Position numbers and translations under genes: made by a program. From contig OZ287694.1 in assembly GCA_965649825.1 (NCBI GenBank), positions 2,327,413 through 2,368,801 of the forward strand: a stretch of 41,389 bases of DNA, given 5' to 3'. Positions 24,395 through 34,173 of this stretch are shown piece by piece (positions within the stretch are counted from its first letter, which is position 1; the number at the start of each line of letters is the position of its first letter). The notes beneath the pieces are model-generated. The model was not told where the DNA came from. It searched no databases and saw only the letters and a program-made list of their open reading frames with translations. This DNA is from Penicillus capitatus (taxonomy: Eukaryota; Plantae; Chlorophyta).

Positions 24395-25110
24395 GTCAGA
24401 GGCGAACACCCGTCGCGACCGATGGTCAGCGCGCCAGGGTGGTTCTTCGCCGACGCAACCGTTCTGATGGCTGTGGCGGGCGACGTGACATCTGCATATC
24501 CGACACTAACTACTCTTACTTTCCTTGATTCCGTCTCTGTTGTACTGACCTATTAACGGTGCAACTGGTAGTGTCGAAGGATCTCTTGCAGTTCCCTGAG
24601 AAATCATGGAGACGGAAAAGATCTCGTTCTTGGGTTAGGCGTGGTAGGTGAAATATAGAACGACTTGTGTGACCACGACGAACGATGACACTCGGAGGCG
24701 TACTTCTCTGCGCACAGTTCCGTGAGCACGCCGCCTTAACACTGCTCCACTTCCGACCCGGCAGTCGCGAAGCGAACAGTCGTTGAAATCTTCAAAGCAA
24801 GGATTTCTTGGCGTGCTTTGCCTTGAAACCTCTCTGCACAGATCGGCATCAACTTTCTCCAAGTGATTGCGGCGGCGGCCGTCATCAATGTGGACTGGAC
24901 GACTTGGATGCTCTCCTTACTCTTCACTGCAGGTGTGGCCGTATCTTCTGAGTTTGAGAATCGTTCGCTGACGGTCTCTCGCCGTGTCAACAGACTTTCT
25001 AAGCGGGGCTGCCACTGTAGGAATAGCGCTCTCCATCGATTGCCTGTTCTATCTGGACGACGATCCTCCGAGATCGGTTCTGCGATCCATCGTCCATCTT
25101 GTCGCCGAGC
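24395..25110 (+). pseudogene. Fragment of Cys-rich multi-TM receptor-like (PMP/TRP-C-like) gene, TM region
   Basis: Spliced VVEIFK|IGINFLQVIAAAAVINVDWTTWMLSLLFTA|DFLSGAATVGIALSIDCLF, using putative introns 24797-24841 (GC-AG) and 24933-24992 (GT-AG). Truncated on both sides. Confidence 0.6.
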
Positions 25111-26379
25111 GATGTGACACTGCCTTGTTCTGTGAGGGTCAACCGTGCGAGGGGGTGCTGCCTGTCTTGTCAACTGCGTCTTGGGACGCCTTTCTCTGGC
25201 CCTGAACACGAGCTGACTCACCATTCTAGAAGGGTTACGTCAGCAGGCGACTATATAATGCACAATCTGAGCCTTGTTTCACCTTCTCCGAACACTGTAA
25301 CAAGTCTTCCGCTGTGAATCGTTTGGTGCGGCGCTTCCGCGGTGACAGTGTTACGGGCTTGTGTCGCAATGCGGCAGTGGGCATTCGGATCCGTCCAATC
25401 ATCCAGATGCCACTTCCGGTGTCTGAATCACGCCACATTCCTTCCCAAACGATGGGTTTTTTCCTTTTGATGAATCGGCAGTGTGTCTTTTGTTTTTACA
25501 TCGCACATGAACGCCTGCTAAATGAATCGCAAGCGTCCGAAAAGGTCTGCTGTTGGGAATTGGGTATCTTGTTGTTTTTCATATTGTTCCTTTGACTGGC
25601 AATCAAAGTGCCGACAGTTTTTGCCAAACCCTTCAAATGACTGACGAACCACAGCAAAGTCTTGACCTTGTCGATCGTCAGTGAGAAAGTAATGGGTGAA
25701 TGGTACGAACGAAGAATTATTGCATGACAGCATCGGACTTACGAGAATTCGCTGTCGGCATTCACACTCGTCAAGAAATAAACGAGTGGTTCGAAGAGAC
25801 CGACCTCTCAGTCGCAACAAAGAGCAGTGAACAAAGGAATCCGTCCACATAAATGTTCCGTCGATTTTGAGATTTGTATGGCATTTTGGGAAACCTGAGT
25901 CCTAAACAGCTTCTTTTTGTTGAACGTGTGATTTCGAAACCAAAAAAGTTCTGTGTCCGTTTGCAGGAACCGAGAGCAATCCGGTTGTTTTGATGGCAAT
26001 GTTGCCATTGTCGGTGTATGATGAACGTCCTTTATTTGAAGTTCGATGATACGTACTGCGATGAATCAATCAATCCTCTATCGACGACGCCCAGTCTGCG
26101 AAGATGCTGACATGGTGCACTGAAGTGCGTCCAGCTGCAGATCAGTCATCACAACATTGTCACCATTCAAAAGTGAAGAGGCACAGCCGTGGACATTTGA
26201 TTGCCATTCAAACACTCTGTGCTATCCTCCATCTACAGAATCAATGATCATCGCCAATAAGGAAAGCCCCACAAAGATGAAGACTTACTGTCTGGCTCGT
26301 ATCAGCGTGAAATAGCGACTGTTTGACGCTGTCGTCGTTGTCTGTTCAGTGGAACGCTCATGTGGACTGTATTCAGCCA

Positions 26380-28724
26380 TCGATGGGTAGCTGTCGTTTG
26401 CCATCTGGCCGTTCTAACGTACGACAGAACGCGTCAACTCAGCGACAGCGACAAGTTCATTTGCTTTTGCGGACGCGATTCGTACAGTGTCGCGTTTGTG
26501 ACTTCAAGAAGCTTTGCAAAACCGTCCTGCCTCACACTCTTTGTTTCCTCGTGGACACGGATGGGAATTTCGCAGCGTAAGTCGCCCAAACATTTCGCCT
26601 TTTCGAACAATGCCGAAACGTGTGCCTCGAAGACGACGGTGTTCTGAGTTATAGCCCCAATCGCGGGGAGGACTTGGAAATCAGATACGCCTTGAACAGC
26701 ATCGAGGAGTCTGAAAACCAAGGCGTCCTCACGGTATGTCTTATTACGTGGTTGTCGTAAACATCGCGTTCGCCTCTACTGTGACAGGTCCATTTGGTCG
26801 GGGTAAAAAACAATCTTGTGAGAAGATGTGAAAGGGTATGCGAAACAGATAAGATCTCTTTCCTGGGATACGACTGGCACGACCACGTTAGAGACGTCTC
26901 AACACTCCTGAGGCTTTTGTGTGACACACAGGACTGTCTGTCTGACTGTCGACTCTCATTACGAGACCTATGTATCCTGGCACTTGCGAAGTTCAGTCCG
27001 CGGTGGACGGTCGCAGAGAGGCTACTGGACCATACAGAAACCTCATTTTATTCCGGGTTTCTTTCCTGTTCGAGATGCCTCTAACTAATTCGTTGAATTT
27101 CGTTTAGCGCCATTCACCACGTTTCAGCAGAATGGTTACTATGGGCATTTCCATACAGACACACAGACGGTTTTTAAGCACGGCCTACTTATTGAGAACC
27201 GTGTGCTGTTAAATCAAGAAGAGGAAGAGGAACTCGCATTTCATCACAGCACATGCGATCTCAACTATGTGGTACGGTCCCGTCGAAGCAGCAGAAAAGT
27301 TTTTCGCAATCGCAGTCGTGTTTGCAGTGGTGGTTGAAACCGCAATCGGAGGAACAGGTCTTTCGAACGACTACACTCGAATCTCCTTTTTCTGATGCTC
27401 AATGGTACTTATTGATATTCGCCTTCTGTTGTACGAAGGCTAAAGAAACTGCTTACTATCGCCTTTTCAGGAAAATCTATGTGTACTGCTCATTTGGAGA
27501 AGACAGTGAGTTGGGGTTTCGTATCGAGAATGATCATGCATGCAGCTCTAACTCGATGGAATGTCGGATTCTCCTTATCGAGCAATCTTCTCCTGAGTTG
27601 AGTTATAAGATGGGTAAGTATACGTACGTCTAATTGCTGTCCAATCAAACAAAGTGAAGAATCAAATCTGTACGCGAAGAAGCGAAACGTGCATTTTGGA
27701 TATGGAACTGCAGAGCAATGGGTCGTTCGTAACAAATGTGTGTTTGTAGAGGATCGAAGACTAGACAAGGGACCTGGTTCAGATCCTGTCTTTCAATTCG
27801 AAGGATCCGGACAAATAGATTTAAACTCCTTCATGCTCGATGGATGGTTGAAGCTTGGACTGCGTCTTTCGCGTGTGAGGTCCGACGAATACGTAAAGGA
27901 CGAATACTTTTCGAAAGTGCCACAAGTCAGGATCCAAGTGCTCAAAGACCATCATATAAGAAAGAACGTCGCGTCAAATGCCTCGACGGATGTCTTCTGC
28001 ATTCCCATCGGTTGTATTTTCTTCTGTCCTCCCAACAGATCGCTGAAGGCCGTGAAAAACATGGTATGCTCTAAGCAACTTACAATGGATACAGAAGATC
28101 CTGGACAATTTTTAGATTCAGAAAGATGCTCAACTGGATTCATCTGAATCGATAGTTTGGCTTCTTAACGCAAAGAGAGATGGTTCTTTCTCGAAGGCAG
28201 TGTGTGTGGACGCATTGGAGGAACTCGACTTTCGTCTTTTAGAGTTAAGTGTGGACGGAAAGGAGAGTGCAGAGCGTACAGTTACTTTCTACTTTCGACC
28301 GACAGGCAAGCTTCTCGATGCAAATCGTCCACAAGACAGCGTCCTTCTCTTCTGCATCTTTATGGATCCGCGAAAAAAGAAGATGAAATACCTTGGGAGC
28401 GTTGTCGTCGATGAAGATGCCGGACTCTATTCCGTCTGCTTCGGCGACATCTGCTCACTGGATGAAAGAATGACACATACAGAATGTTGCTTTTTCTGTG
28501 TGGATCCCGAGGATCGCATCTCACAGATCCGTATATTCCAGAAGACACTTAAACAAGTGCGTCTCTGTCCTTAGTGGGATGAGTGGGAACATTCAATGCA
28601 GAGTGAGGTGATATCTGGAAGTGTGTTCGTCGTGAGGCCAGTAGTGGACAACGAGGTTGTGAGTGTTGCTAAAGTTCGGGGAGAACTGCAAGAATTGCGC
28701 GCCGATCGTCATGGCCAGGCGTGA
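26380..28724 (+). CDS. MATH-repeat + USP7-type UBL family gene, copy E (inverted; possibly pseudogenised)
   Basis: CLQWWLKPQ...AQWYLL, FMLDGWLKLGLRL, IQVLKDHHIRKNV and LLFCIFMDPRKKKMKYLGSVVV. Very similar to copy A including its 3' flank. 5' boundary approximate. Confidence 0.75.
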
Positions 28725-30229
28725 CGATGTGCGTTGAGGCTGTCTCTCTTTATGCCTAGTGGACGAATGTGTGTGTCGGCAAGATTGAGGTGCTGATGTG
28801 ACTGTCTTGTGTGGGAGGGGGCCACCTTGCTCTGGGACACTCGGGGTCGTGTCATTTGAGGTTTTAGGCCGAGAAGAGACCTTTTTCTATGGTCCTGGGG
28901 CAGTACTGAATCACCTGCCTAGACATGTCGCATCACAACAAGGGTATTTAAAGGGACAATCCGAACCATGTTTACCTTGCTCCAAACAGTCTGTAAAGTC
29001 TTCCGCTGTGTGAATCTTTCGTCCGGCCCGATCTCCGACAGTGTGACTGCGCAGTTCGTCCGGCGAGGCGATTCCTGCATAAGGATCGAGTCAAACCAAA
29101 AATATCCATCTTCAACCAAACCCTCCACGGAACCGGTTCCCAAAATCCTGTTACTAGTGTCGTTCGTCATTTGGTTCGAACACTTGCGGATGGAAACTCC
29201 TTCGAAGTCAACCGACAAAATCTCCAACGTAAAGAGATGGATGGTAGTTGAGCACCCTGTGCGTTGACGCATCAAGCGACGAGACAACAAGAGAGGGTGT
29301 AAAAATGCAGATTCGATCGTCAAGGAAGAACAACGAAGGGAAGCACACTCGGTGCCTGCTGAATGTTGAATTTCTCGAAACGGCAGCTGCGAGTCACACC
29401 TGCTTGGGGGAGTGTTAAACCACTTACTTGTCCATAAACTCGATGAAACCATCCATCCTTTGTTCATTTATCCAAATCGCAGATCTGTCAACGTCACGAA
29501 GAAAGACGCGAATGTCTGCTGCAGATGGGGAAACCCGAACTGGTTTTTGCTTGTCGCCGACATCATATGGCGGGAGAATCGATTCCTTTTATGCGAACCT
29601 GAAAAGACAATGCGCAGAGCAGCAAAGCAGATCTCCAAGCCTCGATTCTTAGCGTCAAATAAAAGGAGACATCCCTCTGGTTTGATCGGCACTAAAGAGA
29701 CAACTGCGTCGACGGAAGCAAAAAAACAGCGTCCAAGTAGCTGGCTTCCTGTGTCCTTCCTCGCGAGAAGTATAGTCAGTCTCTATGTGTCACGAATGTA
29801 CGACAGACACTTCCCAAAGCCCAAAGACAAAGCATAGAGAATCAAACTGTTGATATAATCAATCGCGCATGCTTAGAAAACATCAACCGATCGTTAAACG
29901 CGAGCAAAACAAGAACTCATGCGAAACGTAGAGAATGCCATTACATAACATCAGCTTTGTTCGATTTATATGAAACGATATTATGTTAATCCAGCGACAG
30001 CGCCGGTTGAGAAACAGCCAGTTCGACTTATATGCATCGAACTCATTCACGTTGACAGAGATAACAACAAGCAGCAACAGGCCTACAACACACACCGAAA
30101 ACGAAAACAGAGAGCTGGCGTGGGAAAGAAAGAACCACGTTGCCTATGAGACACTAGATGAAAAAACATGCCATAACATGTCGATTGCAATACAAGCCGC
30201 ACGCAGTCAGGGGAGGAACGCGGCTCCAC

Positions 30230-30925
30230 TCGTCTTCGGCTTGCCTAGTCTTGGTCTTCTGCCTTCACCTTCTTGGTCACTTGCTTGGTCTTCTGCCTTG
30301 CTTGGTCTTGGTCTTCTTCTTCGGCTTACCTTGTCGCCTTCGCCTTGTGCCTGGTCTTGCTTGGTCATCTTCTTATCTGGGGTTGCTTGGTCTTTGGTCT
30401 GGTCTTTGGTCTTCGGCTTGCTTCGCCTTGTGCCTTATTGGTCGCCTTCGCCTTCGCCTTCGCCTTCGCCTTGGTGCTTGGTGCTTGGTCGCCTTCGCCT
30501 TCGCCTTGGTGCTTGGTCTTGGTCTTGGTCTTGGTCGCCTTCGCCTTCGCCTTGGTGCTTGGTCTTGGTCGCCTTCGCCTGGTTGCTTAGTCTTCGCCTT
30601 CGCCTGGTTGCTTAGTCTTCGCCTTCGCCTTCGCCTGGTTGGTCGCCTTCGCCTTGTGCCTTATTGGTCGCCTTCGCCTTGTGCCTTATTGGTCGCCTTC
30701 GCCTTGTGCCTTATTGGTCGCCTTCGCCTTGTGCCTTATTGGTCGCCTTCGCCTTGTGCCTTATTGGTCGCCTTCGCCTTGTGCCTTATTGGTCGCCTTC
30801 GCCTTGTGCCTTATTGGTCGCCTTCGCCTTGTGCCTTATTGGTCGCCTTCGCCTTGTGCCTTATTGGTCGCCTTCGCCTTGTGCCCTCTGCCTTGTGCCT
30901 GGTCTTGCCTGGTCTTGGTCTTCGC
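30230..30925. repeat. Strand-biased hierarchical satellite built from 5-6 nt modules, with a homogenised 25-bp core array
   Basis: Modules TTCGCC, TTGGTC, TTGTGC, TTGGTG. Perfect GGTCGCCTTCGCCTTGTGCCTTATT x9 plus a 20-nt partial copy at 30641-30885. Confidence 0.95.
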
Positions 30926-31119
30926 CTTCTCCTTGCTCCATCAGCATCCGTCACCGAAAAACGGACACATAAGATCTCTACCCTCTTAGCTTTCCACGTC
31001 GAACGTTAAGATTATCTTCTCTCCTCGCCCGCCCGCCTCGACAAGGTACCGCCCTCCACACGAAAGGCCCATACAACCTCCGACGAAACATAGTTCACAC
31101 GCCGGGCCGCTTCAAGAGG

Positions 31120-31890
31120 TCACCTACTTGACCTCCTTTGGGATCCCTTAGATGAACTCCCGGCGCTTTTCTCGTTCGTCCGTTTTTCCTGCTCTGCTTT
31201 CAACCTCGCCATCCGCGCTTCGTGCTCCGCTCTCAACCTCGCCATCCGTTCTTCTCTGACCCGCGTTCTTCGAAGACTGTAGCGGAGCGTTGCCTCACTC
31301 GTCCTCGTCAACTCCTCTTCGTAAGACACGCCCCGTCTACGGCTTCTAGAACCGCGGCCCCTAGAAGCGGCGTCCACATCCGGCTCGGCCTGATCCGCGG
31401 CGTCCACCTCCGGCTCGGCCCGATCCGCGGCGTCCGCCGTGAACTCGAGCATGAAATCGACGAACCTTGTTGCCAGTGCGCGACTTCGTGCATGGACACT
31501 TTCCACGGTCACCCTGAGCTCTGACCACAAGTACCATGCAAACATCGCGATCCTGAAGGCCGTCGCATCGTTGTCGAATTGTGCGCCCAAGGTAGTCACC
31601 AAAGACCGCCTCAAATCTCTCGCGAAGTCGGCCCACGTGTGGGTCAGCACTCTCCTGCCTCTGATGTACGTAGAGTACATACGCTCTGGAGCCACTTCGC
31701 GGTAGATGCGCTCGACGTCGACAAGGTTTCCGCCCGTCTCGCCGCGCGCGACCGACCTTAGCAAACTGCTAATGTAGATCGCATAGACGGTGAAGAAGAT
31801 CGTGAACCTTTCAAGCTCGATTACCGCTCGGCCCAAAACGCGCATGGCCCAGGCCGTTAAAATACGAGCAGCATTTTCAAACGAACGCAT
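31120..31890 (-). CDS. Intronless orphan protein (helical N-domain, DAADxAEPxV repeats, basic/coiled-coil C-terminus)
   Basis: Open frame with first ATG at 31890. A 30-nt repeat at 31369-31435 keeps frame, and EERMARLRAEHEARMARLKAEQEKR looks like a coiled coil. No family recognised. Confidence 0.6.
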   Translation of the reverse strand: MRSFENAARILTAWAMRVLGRAVIELERFTIFFTVYAIYISSLLRSVARGETGGNLVDVERIYREVAPERMYSTYIRGRRVLTHTWADFARDLRRSLVTTLGAQFDNDATAFRIAMFAWYLWSELRVTVESVHARSRALATRFVDFMLEFTADAADRAEPEVDAADQAEPDVDAASRGRGSRSRRRGVSYEEELTRTSEATLRYSLRRTRVREERMARLRAEHEARMARLKAEQEKRTNEKSAGSSSKGSQRRSSR

Positions 31891-31969
31891 CTCGGTTATG
31901 TTTCGTGAGAATGTGGAAGCTGGGCGCAAACAGTTTTCGTGAAAAGCGATAAACGAAAAAAGGCCCGCA

Positions 31970-32082
31970 AAACCCTAATTTATATGTATGTCAAGTCTAC
32001 GGTTAAGCTTTAGATTCGCACCGCGATTGGCTGATTGCGCGTTAGTCACATCGAAACCTCCGACCTATAAGTGTATACGTCA
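31970..32082 (-). promoter_or_regulatory. Putative Pol II promoter of the orphan ORF
   Basis: On the minus strand: TATAAA 31979-31984 and CCAAT 32026-32030. Also a telo-box AAACCCTAA at 31970-31978 and ACGTCA at 32077-32082. The ATG lies ~90 nt downstream of the TATA. Confidence 0.5.
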
Positions 32083-32150
32083 CGTCGGCGACTGAGACGA
32101 TAATGATGGCCTTGTTTACGTGTCATTGCTGTCCACTTTCGTGCAGCTAG

Positions 32151-32472
32151 TGTCGCGCAGGTCGTTAGATGGAAACAATTCGAACAGCGAGCGCACTTAA
32201 ACCTTTGAAACGTGAAGTCTTACAGAACGAAAGACAAGACCTGTAGATCTACGTTTTCATAGGGTTTTGTTTAGCGATGTCACATGACGGTCGTGGGTCT
32301 ATATTAAGTAACAAAAAGGAATATTCTTCGAAGATTCCGGAATCTGTACGTGAAAGCCGCGGGTCTATTTGCGGATGGGAAGGTACAGAGAACCTACGAC
32401 CTGTCACTTGGAGATCGACACAAGTGTAGGTAGGTGAGCTCATTGTTGGGGGCGTGTTGGCTTAACACAACA
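32151..32472 (-). mobile_element. Diverged solo LTR of the same family as the 33848-40624 element
   Basis: Starts TGTCGCGCAGG and ends TTAACACAACA. Shares AAGTAACAAAAAGGAATATTCT, GCCGCGGGTCTATTTG and GAGAACCTACGACCTGTCAC-TGGAGATCGACACAAGTGTAGGTAG with the intact LTRs, plus indels. Confidence 0.9.
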
Positions 32473-32999
32473 ACGTTCGTGCACGTTTGATCCGTATGCA
32501 ATCCGAACTGAACTTATGAGACGTTCGTGTACGTTGTCAGTGGACAGCTGTCCACCTTCGTGCAGGGAGACGCGTTCACGTGACGTTTGTTTGCGTCTGA
32601 CGCGTATATATTCCGAACTCGTGAACGTTACAACAGTCTTTGTTAAACGATACGCCTGTCGGCAAGATGAGGGGATGGTGATAATGGGCCATGTGGGAGC
32701 CAGCGATGGACTGAGGGGACTGTCTGGCTGGGCAAGGGGCCACGCCGCCAAGGGGCGCTCAGGGTCTTGTCAGAAGGGAGCTTAGGCGCGGAAGGGGCCA
32801 AAATTCTCTGGCTCAGACGAGTGGGTGACTCATCGATTTCGAGCGTCACATCGTCGGGGACGGATAAAAGAGTTTTTTTCGCCGGTGAACGTTGTGCATG
32901 TTTCTGTTGTAAAGTTTTCAAGTGCGTTCCATCAGTCTGGCTGACGACGACGAACACCGCGAAGCTTCCCCTGCGACTGTTCCTTACCCACCGCTGTAC

Positions 33000-33847
33000 A
33001 CAGAGTCACCTTATCTCTCGGCCCTTGGCTTCTGGCGAGAAGGCGAACGACGGAGCGTGGACGCTTCGGACCTTTTCCAACGGGGTGCAGAGCAGGTGGT
33101 GCACAACACCGAGCTGTACGAGTCCAGACGAAACTCCTCCCACGAAGAAAGAGTTGAGAACCAGAACGGAGCGGGCCCATCTACTCACCTGAACGGAGCG
33201 ACTCAGCAAGTTCCTCCTCGGGTGGTCAACGAGCCTACGACTAGTGTCACGCGAGCATCTTCCCCAGACCGACAACGCCTTCGTCGTATTCGCATCGTTC
33301 GTCGGCGACAACTGCGATGTGACCTCCATCTGTCGATCGCGCCGTTAACGGCCTGATGGACGTTTAATTGCATAGAATGGCATGCGGCCGAGTTAGTTAG
33401 TTGGTCAGGTCGTTCATCCGACGAAGAAGGAAATTCTCAAGCCAAAATGGACGTCGCCAGGGACGTGTTGCACGAGATCTCGTGAAGACTGCCATTTTAC
33501 ACGAGACGTGCACGAAGCCTTCGTTTTCCCGGGAGTTCTCTTCGGGGGATAACAGGAGTCAAAGCAGACAACATCATCCCCGTCACAACCGGCAAAGAAC
33601 GAACGCACACTCGGGATGGTGGAGCCTTCGGGAAACCAATGCAGCGGAAGGACATGTGCTGGGAGAACGGCTGATTAACGATGCCGAAAGAGCTCTGACA
33701 TTCCACTGCTGCGAGTAGTACTCGAAGCAGTCCCTTCAAGTGACAACGACCTGATAGCGCACGAGCTGCACACGAACAGAACGGAACTCAAGCCAAAGGA
33801 ATCGTGGAACTCGAAGAAGACCAGCCAGAAAGACTTCAAACAACCGC
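33000..33847 (-). pseudogene. Possible degenerate TM-region remnants of the receptor-like gene interrupted at 40625
   Basis: Hydrophobic stretches in several frames (e.g. ARSVLVLNSFFVGGVSSGLVQLGVVHHLL) with multiple stops; no clean frame. Confidence 0.3.
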
Positions 33848-34151
33848 TGTCGCGTAGGTTTTTGGATGGAAACAATTTTAAAGGTGGGCGCACGTAGACC
33901 TGTGAAACGTAAAGTCTTACAAACGAAAGACAAGTTCTGTACATCTACAACGCTTTTATAGGGTACTTTATTTTAAGTAACAAAAAGGAATATTCTGCAA
34001 AGATCCGGAATCTACTTGGAATCTGTGACGTAGAGCCGCGGGTCTATTTGTGGATGGGAAGGTATAGAGAACCTACGACCTGTCACCTGGAGATCGACAC
34101 AAGTGTAGGTAGATGAGCGCATTATCGCGAGCGCTACGCCTTAACACGACA
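33848..34151 (-). repeat. 3' LTR
   Basis: Base-by-base match to 40321-40624. Confidence 0.97.
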
Positions 34152-34155
34152 TGGG

Positions 34156-34173
34156 CCCACCTATCTTCTGTCT
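34156..34173 (-). promoter_or_regulatory. Polypurine tract overlapping the pol stop codon
   Basis: AGACAGAAGATAGGTGGG, 4 nt upstream of the 3' LTR on the minus strand. Confidence 0.6.

Noticed and set aside
24560-24745. Ancient LTR relic (CGCCTTAACAC, ATAGAACGAC similarity)
   Set aside because: Only short scattered matches and no defined termini.
30641-30885. CRISPR-like array
   Set aside because: Head-to-tail repeats with no spacers, no cas genes, eukaryotic context.
29983-31009. Long Leu/Ser/Pro-rich plus-strand ORFs in all three frames
   Set aside because: Artefact of an A-poor satellite that lacks stop codons; the 25-bp period is not a multiple of 3.
30150-32105. Helitron boundaries (A|TC near 32100, CTAG|T near 30156, AGCCGC/GCGGCT stem)
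   Set aside because: The hairpin has a long loop and lies too far from CTAG; these short motifs are expected by chance.
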